Shown in pieces: positions 1 to 12,720 of a stretch of 64,000 nt of DNA; the first letter of the stretch is position 1, and the number at the start of each line of letters is the position of its first letter. This stretch comes from Nemertoderma westbladi (taxonomy: Eukaryota > Animalia > Xenacoelomorpha), in assembly GCA_032718475.1 (NCBI GenBank), contig JAUCBJ010003840.1:1-64000 (forward strand), in the 5' to 3' direction. Made by a program: the position numbers and the translations under genes. The notes under the pieces were generated by a model. The model saw only the letters and a program-made list of their open reading frames with translations, did not search any database and was not told the origin of the DNA.

Positions 1-987
1 TTTCATAATGTTTACAATTGTGAAATATAAAATTATTGATTGCCTTCCCTGATCTTGATTAAATTATTATTGATTTACAATGTTCTCATTATAGCTTTGT
101 TTCACTCGCTGGATGCGTTCGTTCATGTGAAAAAAATTCAGATCCACACTATATAATGAGGTAATTTACATACACACATGCATGTAAATAGTATGTAGTG
201 TAAATAGTAATATGTATTGTCATGTGCATGACAATAATGCAAAATTGGTACTATAAATAAAATAACTGCTTAAAATGCACCTTAAAATACTTGCTGTTTT
301 CGTTGCTGCCCAGACAAAAAAAATAATTTGTATACTGTACTATAACTACTAATCTGTTGTAACAAAAGTTGAATCGATAAGGAAGTGATGTTATTCAAAT
401 AGTTGATGTGTATCATTATCATATTGATTGGGGCCTAGAAGGCCCGATAAGGAACTGATATTTTATTTCATAAATAAACATTCAACTGGTAGCGGTTACG
501 AATCCGTTCCTGGTTACAAGTCTGCATTCCCAGTTACAAATCTGTGTGTTTGGTAACAAATATGAGCACCCTGTCGCAACTCGATGTAATTCTGAGCACC
601 CTGTTTCAAAAAAGAGTTCCAGGATACAAATTGAACAGCCCAGTTACAAATCCAAGTAACCAGTAACAATTCCAAGCACACTCAGTAATAAATCTTAGTG
701 TGTCAGATCAGAGTGTCCAGATATGAATTCGAGACTCGGTTACAGATCTCAGTGCCAGTTAAGTTTTTATCAACATAACAAACCTTGCTCATGCCGAGCA
801 CTCACAAAGAATATATGTCTTAATAGGATCCTAACATCATTGGCTTCTATTTTATAATTATTTAAGCAAAATAGATGGATAAGAAATAGAAAAGCTGAAA
901 TCGATTTTCGCTCTTATTCGATTCTAGCAGTTGTAAGTGACCTACACAATGATTAGTAAATCAATCCGTTTTTTGAGCGGCGCAGTA

Positions 988-3493
988 CTATAGGGGCTGT
1001 TACGCTGTCAGTCAGAGAGGTAACAGCCCATGGGGTAAGGATTTACCCATGGGGCGCTAACTATCAGATAGTCTGATACCAACTGTCAGACAGTCTTTTT
1101 CAACTATCAGATAGATGATCGCCCAGTTACAAGTTTCCGGATAGTTGAATTTTTTAAACCCCGAGTGTTGTTGACGGAGTCTGTTACTTCCGAAATCGTT
1201 GATCGTGGTGCCGGTGCCGGAATTCTGGCTTTGATTAAAAACACTGAACTGCTGAACGATGGCGGAATCTACGAAACCCGGCCGGATTCCTAATCCGAGG
1301 AGGCGACGGAGTCAATTAAACGTAACAATGAAACGATCGCGATGGACAATGGACTGATGGAGTCTATTCAATGTATAGAACGATACGATGACGGCGGAGT
1401 CTATTACAGTATTAAACACGCAACCAAAGCGATAAGATGATGGCGAAGAAATCTACAAAACAGAGAACGACAGGAAGGCGATGGAGTTTATTAAACCCAG
1501 TAAGATGGTGCATAGCGAAGCGATCGAGACGGATAACGGAGTCTATTACAGAATTAAACCTGGAACGAAGACGGTGGAATCTATAGGCCTAAACCTGGAA
1601 CAATGCGAACAAGGCTACTCTAAAGTTAGACTAGACTGGTTTGTGAGATTAACTTGCCAATACTAACTCAATACAATTTGCTTTCTTCGAATTCCTAATA
1701 ATATATTTTAATCTTAATAATAAATTATTCAATATCAATTATTTTATAAGTCTTGTCATAAAGAGCTAACTTTAGGAAGATCTGCCTTATATTTTTAGAA
1801 TTATTATAATTAATTTTGTTATGTTTATAATGAATTGTATATTTTGACAGACTACTTCATGTGCGACCGTGATAATAAAATTAAATTGTGCCGAAATATT
1901 TTCACTTACTTAACTGCAGGGGGGGGGGGGGGGGGGGGCAATCAATATTCTTCCCTCTCCAGGTGAAAATCGAAGCAAATAACAGCTTGTTTACTACTAA
2001 AATAAAACTGCATCCTGTTCTATAGGAAAAAACATTATAGGGGAAACTTTAGCAAGTTGTGTTTATTTTAGCCGATAGACAAGATTAAATGTTTACCAAG
2101 TTTGGTATAATTTAGTCAAAGATTGAATGAGTTACGATTTTAAATTATCAGTGGAGGGTGAAGGCGCTGGGCCAGGATTCAGTTAACAGATTCAGTTTTC
2201 AAACATTTAATTCAAAACTATATAAATGTTAATATAATGTTGGATTTTTTTTTGTAATAATTAACAGATGAATTATATTTTATCTAATCACATTATTAAA
2301 TAACGAAGCACAGAAATAATACTAAGATTGAATATTTAATTGAAGGTACAGTACCGAATTGAATATTTGAATGGGAGAATCTTTTAGGCTCGTTAAGCCA
2401 AGGAATGCCTGTTCACCACCATGGGTGATCTTCCACAGTAAACCCTTCCACTCTGTTTCCCAAGTTGCCTTGGTTCCCAATCGACCACTGAAGGTTGAAA
2501 GCCGGGGTTGGGCTAGGCTGCAGCATTTAAAGCACTGTGCCCAAACAGTACTGCCCCATCTAGGGATCGAACATTGAATATTTGAGATTGCATAAGATAG
2601 AGTATTGAATATTGAATATCTTCGGCCGTCATCCCGTGACTGCATTGGCAACCATTTCGATTGGTTTCGGCTCTTCAGTCCCCGAATAGACCGATGGTCG
2701 GCGTGGTTGCTGTCCCCATGACTGAGGCTGCATTACCAACCAAAATTGCCATCTCCAGGCGTTGGAGCAGAAACTGGTGTGACCGCGGTTCGTGGGTGGC
2801 ACTGTGGAGACGAGCCCCGATCTCCCGGAGGAAGGTGGATGTCTCTGGACCAGTTTTTAATGCGCTCTGCCCCCCAGCAATGATGGTTTGTTGAAGGTGG
2901 CTGGGGGGCCAGTGGATCTAGTAATAATTAACGCAAAGATATGATTAGGTAGGCCTGTGATATTACTGTATTAATTTCTCAAACCAAACCTCCATTGACG
3001 TCAAATATATCAAATTTCTCAATCCATACTAATCCGTATGTAATAATGCAGTAATGTAATGCAATACTGCAATACCGGTAATGTCAATGTCCAACCAAAC
3101 AATGCGTTGAGTGTTATCGGACCAGCCTCCGAGAAATGTTAGGCTAACGGCACCTCGCTCTGTCGCATCAGTTTTTGTAGTGGCCAGGTGGTCTAGTTCC
3201 AGGCTACCAGAATCCGTTAGGCCTAGTGCATGATATAGAATCAGCACATCCTGACACCTGTGCAACTCCTGAACTCACGCGAGCATTTTACAGATGGTGG
3301 TCTAATTTATATTGTCTTGTACCGCGAAACCGTGTATTATTAACAGATGTAGGCTAAATTTCGGGTCTTGTACCGTGCACAGTACTGGTGGGCCTACACA
3401 GCTACTGCTATTTTGCCTAATACAGCTCCCAGAGGTAAATCCTTACCCCACAGGCTGTTACCTCTCTGACTGACAGCGCAACAGCCCTCTCTC
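988..3493. mobile_element. Non-autonomous DNA transposon with ~65 bp terminal inverted repeats and a probable 8 bp target-site duplication
   Basis: ~994-1058 (gggctgttacgctgtcagtcagagaggtaacagcccatggggtaaggatttaccc...) is the reverse complement of ~3423-3487 with few mismatches. GCGCAGTA occurs at 980-987 and 3494-3501, each 6 nt outside the inverted repeat. An 8 bp TSD fits hAT/P-type elements. No transposase ORF is present. Confidence 0.7.
2580..2853 (-). mobile_element. 3' fragment of a CRE-like (restriction-like endonuclease) non-LTR retrotransposon
   Basis: The minus frame reads TGPETSTFLREIGARLHSATHEPRSHQFLLQRLEMAILVGNAASVMGT...*, which resembles the 'QRL..AI..GNAA' C-terminus of CRE-clade elements. 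A short (ATTCAAT)n tail follows. Confidence 0.6.
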
Positions 3494-4789
3494 GCGCAGT
3501 ATTCTCACATAACCTGATTCCCTCTGGGTTGACTGAGAAGGTAATTGATGTTGGCCAAGTATAAGTCAAGCCTTATTATGCAAGGGATGTACTGTACAGT
3601 AAGTATCTGTGAGGGTTGAGTGACTGGGAGATATTTTTCCAGTTGTTATCATATTTTAATTACCAGTTTTCTAGCAGTCGTAATTTGTGTTCCTGGTTAC
3701 AAATCAGTATGTTTGGTTAAATATATGAGAATAAAGGAAGGATAAAGTGATCTTTAGGTGCCGCTGTAACTATCTATACCTATAAAATTCAAATTCTCTC
3801 TCTCTGTGTTTGAACTCTTCCAAAACGGGCAGAGGGATTGCGCTGGAACTTGGCATGTGTGTATAACTTTAACCAGCGGTCGTTATAGGCCACTTTTCGA
3901 AAAGTTTAATTCACGTTCGGTACCGGTACTAAGTACCGGTACGTCAGTAGGCCTATACCGGTACCAGTACGCCAGTAGGCCTATGCTGGTAGCGGGAAAT
4001 ACCGGGTAACATGCCTCGGGTATTGCCTGCTAGTATTATATAAATGCCAGATATTTCAAGTTAACCAAAAATTGTAAATGTGGACAAATCCATAATACAA
4101 TTAAACAGGCCTTCTTCAGTGGCTCTGGTACCTAATGAACGTAACTACGGAAACTACAACACGACTGGACTGAGCAACAGCAGAACAAATAGTACCGGTA
4201 TCATATAAAATGCTGAACAATACAGTATGTTATGTCAGGACCAATTACAAAGTTTGTGTACTTGTTATTAAATGCTAACTACTGTAAGATCTAAAGGGGG
4301 TTGGTAGTTAGAATTTTTTGTACGTGTATTGAAATGTAAAAGAAATGCTAACTACTGCATAAAATATCAAAATATAGGAAAGAATTGCTAACTACTGTAT
4401 AAATTGCTTTAGTTTAATTTTAGTTTCCCATCCTTTGTCGTGGGGCCTACTGTACTGGCGATTAAGTGTAGGTTTTTCCCGTCTGATGAGCTATTTTTCC
4501 CTGATTTTCCGGTCCGCCCAGTCCCTGCATCTGTATCTTAAACAATTCTGAAGGGTCCTCTGGTAGTTCTTGCACCCTGGATGTTTATCGAGGAAGTGTT
4601 CCCCTATTGCCTTCCGGTTGCCATTACGTACTGAGATGCGGTGTTTCATCATGCGGTCCCTAATCCGCCCATGCTCTCCCCTATATAATTTTCCGTGATT
4701 CCTCTACTCCCACATATCGTACATATTATTTCATACATATGTTTAACACGTACACAAACAAGTACATATTATTGGTAGTGCAAAGATAG

Positions 4790-5328
4790 ACCCTGATTTA
4801 GCCTTAGAGAAGATTAAGGAAGCTGGTGCAGCTGACGGGGAATACATGAAATTGTTTGACCTAGTAACTAAGGCTGCATTTCCAATCGAGAAATACATGT
4901 TAGACTTAGAATTAAGGCCATACTGGGCTGTTCGGGACGGCCTATTGGCTTATGATGGTATGGTCCTATATGGCAGTCGCATCGTAGTTCCGAAGCAGAT
5001 GCGTCACAAGATACTACTTGGGCTCCATGCCGCACACCAAGGACAGGAAAGAGCTCTTCAGCGCGCAAGGGAGTGCGTGTTTTGGCCTGGGCTTACAAAT
5101 GATGTGGCCAACCAGGTTCGCAGTTGCCCAGAATGTGAAACCCATAAAGTAAGTTACCGACAAGAGCCATTTATCCACGACATAAGACCAGTGTTTGCAG
5201 GTGAGGCTATATCCGCAGATTTATTTTTTTATGCGGGAGGTCAGTACTTAGTCATTACGGATAAATACTCTGGTTGGCCCGAAGTATACCCATGCGGGAA
5301 AAGAGGGGTGAACACATCACATACAATC
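4790..5328 (+). mobile_element. Truncated Ty3/Gypsy-type integrase fragment (copy 1)
   Basis: Contains the HHCC zinc finger (LHAAHQG...CPEC) and the first catalytic Asp (SADLF); the fragment is cut by the duplication junction. Confidence 0.85.
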
Positions 5329-6029
5329 ATCACCTATAAAAATCAAATTCTCTCTCTCTGTGTTCGAACTCCTCCAAAACGGGCAGAGGAATTGCGCTGG
5401 AACTTGGCATGTGTGTATAACTTTAACCAGCGGTCGTTATAGTCCACTTTTCGAAAAGTTTAATTCACGTTCGGTACCGGTACTAAGTACCGGTACGTCA
5501 GTAGGCCTATACCGGTACCAGTACGCCAGTAGGCCTATGCCGGTAGCGGGAAATACCGGGTAACATGCCTCGGGTATTGCCTGCTAGTATTATATAAATG
5601 CCAGATATTTCAAGTTAACCAAAAATTGTAAATGTGGACAAATCCATAATACAATTAATCAGGCCTTCTTCAGTGGCTCTGGTACCTAATGAACGTAACT
5701 ACGGAAACTACAACACGACTGGACACTGGACTGAGCAACAGCAGAACAAATAGTACCGGTATCATATAAAATGCTGAACAATACAGTATGTTATGTCAGG
5801 ACGAATTACCAATTACAAAGTTTGTGTACTTGTTATTAAATGCTAACTACTGTAAGATCTAAAGGGGGTTGCTAGTTAGAATTTTTTGTACGTGTATTGA
5901 AATGTAAAAGAAATGCTAACTACTGCATAAAATATGAAAATATAGGAAATAATTGCTAACTACTGTATAAATTGCTTTAGTTTAAGTTTAGTTTCCCATC
6001 CTTTGTCGTGGGGCCTACTGTACTGGCGA

Positions 6030-6353
6030 TTAAGTGTAGGTTTTTCCCGTCTGATGAGCTATTTTTCCCTGATTTTCCGGTCCGCCCAGTCCCTGCATCT
6101 GTATCTTAAAACAATTCTGAAGGGTCCTCTGGTAGTTCTTGCACCCTGGATGTTTATCTAGGAAGTGTTCCCATATTGCCTTCCGGTTGCCATTACGTAC
6201 TGAGATGCGGTGTTTCATCATGCGGTCCCTAATCCGCCCCATGCTCTCCCCTATGTAATTTTCCGTGATTCCTCTACTCCCACATATCGTACATATTATT
6301 TCATACATATGTTTAACACGTACACAAACACGTACATAATATTGGTAGTGCAA
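6030..6353 (-). mobile_element. Penelope-like element GIY-YIG endonuclease fragment (second copy at ~4462-4783)
   Basis: YEIICTICG...NYIGES.GRIRDRMMKH is a GIY-YIG signature; the frame shifts near the end. Confidence 0.75.
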
Positions 6354-6355
6354 AG

Positions 6356-7923
6356 ATAGACCCTGATTTAGCCTTAGAGAAGATTAAGGAAGCTGGTGCA
6401 GCTGACGGGGAATGCATGAAATTGTTTGACCTAGTAACTAAGGCTGCATTTCCAATCGAGAAATACATGTTAGACTTAGAATTAAGGCCATACTGGGCTG
6501 TTCGGGACGGCCTATCGGCTTATGATGGTATGGTCCTATATGGCAGTCGCATCGTAGTTCCGAAGCAGATGCGTCACAAGATACTACTTGGGCTCCATGC
6601 CGCACACCAAGGACAGGAAAGAGCTCTTCAGCGCGCAAGGGAGTGCGTGTTTTGGCCTGGGCTTACAAATGATGTGGCCAACCAGGTTCGCAGTTTCCCA
6701 GAATGTGAAACCCATAAAGTAAGTTACCGACAAGAGCCATTTATCCACGACATAAGACCAGAGTTTGCAGGTGAGGCTATATCCGCAGATTTATTTTTTT
6801 ATGCAGGAGGTCAGTACTTAGTCATTACGGATAAATACTCTGGTTGGCCCGAAGTAAACCCATGCGGGAAAAGAGGGGTGAACACATCACATACAATCGG
6901 CCATTTGGTGTCATGGATTAAGGAATTTGGTTTTCTACGACGTCTAACTACAGACAATGGCTCGCAATTTTCGTCCAACGAGTTTGCGACCTTCTGCTCA
7001 GACAATAACATAAACCATGACCCTTCGTCCCCTCCCCACCACCAGGCTAATAGTTATGGTGAGGCGGCTGTGAAGAGTATGAAGGATATGTTAATAAAGG
7101 TGAGCCCATCAGGTGACAACCACAATCAATGTCGCCATTGCTATGTTAGAATATCGCAACACACCTCGAAAAGATGGCCTCAGCCCAACCCAATGGCGAC
7201 TAGGACACCATACTCGGACAACATTGCCTATGACCAACTATGCCAGGATAACGGAAACGCAACGTGGAGCAGCTGAATCTAAAGTGTCAATCATTCGTAA
7301 TAACGCTTCCCGCCTGAATGACCGTGGGTCTCATGTTTTGTCTGTTCTCCAGTCAGGCGAGCATGTTCGGATACAAAACCCTCGATCAAATAAATGGGAC
7401 ACAATGGCAACAGTTGTTCGCGGTAATGAACGAAACCGAAGTTATTTCGTCCGTACAGATTATGGGTCAACACTTTGGCGAAATAGGCGATTCCTTCGGC
7501 CTGTATTCCAAGCGGATACCCCTACCACATCGGATAGTCATGTTGCTCCCACACCAATACCACAAAGTTCGCCTACAGTAGATCAGGATGGCTGGTCTGT
7601 GGTGCAACCACGTCGAGGGACCCGTTCTCGTGGTGTGACAAAATTATTTGGTGTGACACCCCAAGGGGGGGAGGGGGTTTAAGGGGGGCATGTGGTATCA
7701 TACTAATTAGTTTGGTATTATGTGTTAAATGAACTAAATGAACTACTAACTGTATGTATCTGGTGGTGGTTATACTGTACTATAGGTTAACAGCTGTTGG
7801 ATCCTATTCAAGAGGCGATTGATATACAGTGTTTGGGTGATGGGGTTTGGCTTGTATTATTATTTTTATATGTTTATTGATTATATTGGATAAGTAAAAC
7901 ATTTTCCAGTTCGTAATAATACA
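6356..7923 (+). mobile_element. 3' part of a Ty3/Gypsy LTR retrotransposon: frameshifted integrase, polypurine tract and probable 3' LTR
   Basis: HHCC (one Cys changed to Phe), SADLF, TDNGSQF, YGEAAVK, then YRNTP and W...RNRRFLR after a frameshift. A purine tract aagggggg(ca) lies directly before TGTGGTAT at 7691. The candidate LTR end ...aatACA at ~7923 is uncertain. Confidence 0.8.
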
Positions 7924-8159
7924 TAATAATACGCGGTCATGTTTATAAGTTTACTGTGCTACTATTTCTTACTAAGTATGATGTATGTACTAGCGTCTCG
8001 TGCTTCGCCTTAATATATTTTTCCTACATATTAATTGATGTTACTTGTGGTTTATCGTGCTTGTATGTATTGTGTATGTTATGTATTAATAATTAGTCGA
8101 CTGTTTTACTATGGGCGTATGTTAGCCTGGATTAAAGAATATTAAAAAAAAAAATAAAA

Positions 8160-9795
8160 ATTTCGTACACTACATTGCGTTATGTACATGTACAATTCAT
8201 GATGCCGTACCGGCAACAGTAACACTCCACGCTCGGAGGGAAGGGCACTTATCTTGAGAAAGGATAGCCCTAACTAAAATTTCCTTCAGTTTAGGGCCGT
8301 GGGTAGTCACTAATCTAATGCGGGGGCGTAGTGGTGAGGGGCGAATAATACCCTGGATATGCCGTCGTAGTTGTTCACCCACGAATGGTATGATTAATGG
8401 GACCTGGGAATGGTTAGGACCTCTGTGTAGGGGATCTGGGCACTGGGGTGCCGGATTCTATATTGTTGATAAGTTTATTGATAGTATGCGTCGGGTAGTC
8501 GTTTTGTAGTAGTATGTTACGTACTTTGTGTAGGATGCGCGTGCGTCCTTCCATAGTTGAACTATTCCTAAAAGCCCTTTGTATGAATGCCCTGGCAGTG
8601 CTGATAATGCAAGACCGTGAGTGGCTACTATGGAAATTGAACATAATGCCTAAATTACTGGGTTTTATATAAAGTTCGAAGTCTATACGTCCAGATGAAT
8701 TAACTGTAGTCAAGAAATCTAAGAATTGGATACACGAATACGATTTTTCCATTGTGTATTTAAGTGAGTCATGGCATTAATTTAAATATGCGAGGAATTT
8801 CTCGAGTTTTTCCTCCCCATATTGCCATACTGACCACCCATCGTCTAAATATCTAAACCATCAGAAGACCGACAGTGGATAGTCGTCTAGGTAACTACTA
8901 CTTTCCTTCACATGTATATAAATAATGGTGAAAGGAGCCGCGGATCTATCCCCCATACCCTACCCAGCCCATCGTTCTGTTTATAAAATTGCCCATTGAA
9001 TCGAAAAAAATGAAAATTTCATATGTGTCTGTAGAAGTCCATAAAAGTCTGTGATATCCAACCCATACATATTAATGTCCGTCTTATGTTCTTTTACAAA
9101 CCCTGTGACCACCTCTACATGTATAGTGGTATACCCTCCCTCACTGGTATATTAGTGTGCATCGATATAGTGTCTAAACTAAAAAGAATATCCCCTGGTT
9201 CTAGAGGTTCTATATTATTCACACGTCCCATAAAGTCTGTTGAGTTTTTAAGGCGTTCTGGAACGAACTGTGCGGCTTCTGACAGGATCCTGCTGGTCAA
9301 CCACGCCGGTTTCTCCCCCGCTGATCCCGATCTAGACGATATAGGTATCATTGGAGCTCCAGCCTTATGGGTTTTCGGTGTACCATAGAGTTCCGGAACC
9401 TTGGGAAATGCTCCTAAGCGTCGACCCTATTGTGTGAAGTTATTTACGACTGAAAATACTTTTAATACCCCCATTTGGTTAATACCTCCCTTTATTGTTG
9501 GGGTTATTTGGAAGTGCCGTATAGGCGTGAGTGTCCGTAATGATGTCATTCGTCATCTTCTAAATGTAGCCAGCCCTTTCCATCACAGCAAATCCCCCGC
9601 TTTTATCGGTCTTTTTAATAATAATGTCTTTGGATTTCGATAGTTCCTTAAGTACTCTACGTTCTAGTGTAAGAAGGTTGTTTCGGGTACGTGTGTTACT
9701 GTTTATGTTATGTTTGTGCTGCTCTACCGTGGCTTTAAACGTCCTCCCCAGTTCCTCCAGATCACGTTCCATATCGGGGCCGAGGCCATCCTCTA
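8160..9795 (-). mobile_element. Decayed Penelope-like element reverse transcriptase, running to the start of the GIY-YIG region
   Basis: Motifs across broken frames: IIIKKTDKSGG, LYGTPKTHK, LFSLDTISMHTNIP, FNGQFYKQ, WFRYLDD, FLDFL, LYIKPS, LLQNDYP. Confidence 0.85.
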
Positions 9796-9809
9796 TATAT
9801 AGGCTATAC

Positions 9810-11630
9810 ATATATATATATAAGTTTATTATTGACAAGAAGATAATATGTTGTAAATTAACAATAATAATACACCAAGAACACAGTAAAACACCAATCA
9901 CATAATTAATATAATCAAGCACTTCCTGTCCAAATTTATAGTTACATAGGTAAATATAAAAACACAAATACACAAATAGGCCTCTATAATTCACTTAAAT
10001 ATTTCCTGAATTTCGAATACAAATGTACACAACTTATTTATATTGCTTTCCTTATTCATTAATTCCTGGGAATTTTTGATATTTACATATCCAAACTTTA
10101 TTCTTAGATTTTCAGTAAGGCTACAATTCAATAACACGTGTGTCTCATCTTGCACTGAGATATTATCGCATAGGCATTCACGCTCACTAGGTGGCGTGCG
10201 GCTCCATCGACCTCTTTCACTACGGAGGTTGTGCGATATCAGTCGCAATCCGGTCAACGGGACTCTCCTAAAATCTGGCAAAAATAATTGCCGACTGGTT
10301 TTGTACATCGTATGAACGGTAAGATCCGGATTTATTATTGTTTTGTAAATCTCAACTTTTCTTCGTGTCTGAGATTTATTTATTACACGAATCTTCACTG
10401 ATTTAATAGAAAAATCATTAATGTTGATTTGTAATCGAATTTTGTAGTAATTTAAAACCAGCACAGTTATGGGTTTCACATAAGGCAAAAAAAAAGCAAA
10501 AAGCAAACAGTCGGCCGAAGCCGGAGGCGACCCGAAGGCTCCTCTTTCGATAGCTTCTACCCGAGGGTAGGGGTGGGCGCTACTCCTATCCCAAGATTTG
10601 CTCCCAGTTATTTAACTGGTACTGGGTAATAACTGTTATGGTAATGATCATCATTTACACCTAAGTACTAGCTAGACCATACATTTTTTCTGTGCACGTA
10701 TAACTATCTCAGTTGTCGGCTGTAAGTCTAATTCTACAAACACAGGTCATTTGGTGTACTTATACGTACTACCAATAATGCTTTAATGGCTTTTATATAA
10801 AGTTTATCAATTGCCTTAAAACTTCTTGTTAACCAGGACTCGCACCCATACAATAATGAGGCAGAGAAACATGCCTCAAAAACTTTCAGTTTTAAATATA
10901 ACGGCATTGCACAATTACTTCTACAAAATATAATAAATTTGTTCATAGAATCAGCACATTTTTTAGCATGTAAAGATGATAGGACCGTTTTCATGTTCCC
11001 GTCCTCACTAAAAGGTGCACCGAGATAAATATATTCAGTACAATGTAAAATAGTCGTTTCACTCACTAAAATCGGTTTTCGATCACCTTCGTTACCGGTA
11101 CCATTGGTAACGAAAAATGTCGTCTTTTTTTTTATTGATAACCATTTCAAATTATCTACAGTACTGGTCCACTATTAAAAACTTTTCCACACATGCTTCG
11201 CGCGTAGTCGAAAGTACCACTGAGTCATCCATTAACAGGAGAACTTGTAGCACACCTAAATACCCATCAGTTGCAAAAGCCGATTTTATTTTCAGAACAA
11301 GAAAGTTTAAATATAAGCAAAACAAAGTTACACTTGTCGGGGCTCCTTGTCTAACCCCCACCGTAGACATAATTGTAGCATCCCCTAAAATGTTTTCGTA
11401 CAATTATGCATAGCTTTAACAGCATAAATGATTTTTCTACTGCAACCTGCCTTTCATAAACATTCTAATAATTTCATTCTAGGTACTAGATCGTATGCTT
11501 TATGGAAATCAGTAAAAATAATGAAAAATTTAAATCGTTTCCTAACTGCTAAAGCAATCAAACGCCTTAGCGTGACTATTTGCTCACTACAACCCCTATT
11601 ATGTTTACCACCTGCTTGACAACTAAGAAC
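9810..11630 (-). mobile_element. Decayed LINE (RT plus C-terminal Cys/His finger) abutting or interrupting the Penelope copy
   Basis: DFHKAYDLVPR, GVRQGAPTS, LLMDD, YIYLG, LLYGCESW and RECLC...DETHVLLNC, with several frameshifts. An unrelated insertion lies at ~10490-10730. Confidence 0.85.
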
Positions 11631-11959
11631 ATTAGACCTGAAACGAGCTGAAACGACCACGAAACGACCTGAAACGACTACGAAACGACCACCCAAACGA
11701 CCTAGAATGTGCTAAACCAAGGTAAACTTCTATCAAAGGAGGCCACAGCTGCACTTCTATGAACATCATCAATGTGGGTTAATGTCGCCTTTAAAACAAC
11801 AACCATCTTGAACGAGAAATTCAGACAAAATTTCTGCAAACAACTACGCAAGTAATGTAAATAAACATTCCCCCCCCCCCCCCCCCCCCCCTTACGAATC
11901 TGACAACAAGTTTTGTCGGTGAATTCTCTAACAGCAGTCGTTCGAATGCGTAAATTATG

Positions 11960-12720
11960 ACCTCCACTTACAAATTATAAAAGTTAACATTAAAAAGTTA
12001 CTGGGTGACCGTTGAGAGAAGGGTGAGGAGCGATGGGGATGCAGACCACGTGAGGGCATGGTAGTGGAGTTGACAAATCTCTTTACAGAATCTGCAGACG
12101 CAGACTGGAGATAGCGGGTGAAACGGCGATGGCCGGGACGCTTCCACGTCGAGGAGCTGAAGGCAGGGCCCGAGGTGAACTGATCCTCGATAAAGTTCGA
12201 TTCGCACTCAGCTCGGAAGACTCTGTAGCTCGTGAGGACTTCACAGTCGAAAACCGAAGGATATTTTTCTACAAGGTTCTCCACAAAGGATTTTTCATCT
12301 ACGAGGTTGAGGGTTGGTGTAGAGGACGCTGAGGTGTATGAAGTCCCAGTAACAGTTTGATATTGGCCGTCTTTACTTTGTCAATATCCTTTAGGTTTTA
12401 TAGCAAGAAGAATCGCCATATTTGTTGAATTGCATAGGAAAGAGACAATGGGTGCTATCTTTACATTAAATATTTATAGTCCTGTTTCCCTGTATAACAG
12501 TGGGAGGTGATTGAGTGATCCAACGATACTGTAAGTTTTCGATTTAATATGCTGCGAGAATCTCAATGAAGATTGTACAATTACTCCCAAATATTCATAA
12601 TCATTAGATTAGATATTATAACTAGGTCACCATCATATATAAACTTATCGCTTTGGGCTAGTCTCCCTCCTTTCTTGAACTTTACAACTTTCGTCTTTAT
12701 AAGATTAACCTCCATTCCGT
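11960..12720 (-). mobile_element. Decayed LINE 3' fragment related to the element at 50310-51780
   Basis: MEVNLIKTKVVKFKKGGRL, GPAFSSSTWK and CVCRFC...HAL match MEVNLSKTKIMKFRKGGRL, GPAFTTSSWK and CICKYC...HAL of the 50329 ORF. Confidence 0.8.

Larger units (their letters stand above)
3778..6898. repeat. Near-identical tandem duplication (~1.55 kb unit) of a Penelope 3' fragment fused to a Gypsy integrase fragment
   Basis: 3778-5328 and 5332-6898 align almost base for base. ORF pairs 3806/5360, 4846/6416 and 4868/6438 are near-identical. Confidence 0.95.

Noticed and set aside
2615-2685. CTGAAGA-GCC-GAAAC after the CRE-like ORF stop
   Set aside because: Stem II cannot form and there is no stem I partner.
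4095-4125. CTGAAGAAGGCC on the minus strand after the Penelope GIY-YIG (also ~5660)
   Set aside because: Looks like a hammerhead 5' half, but the GAAA half is absent.
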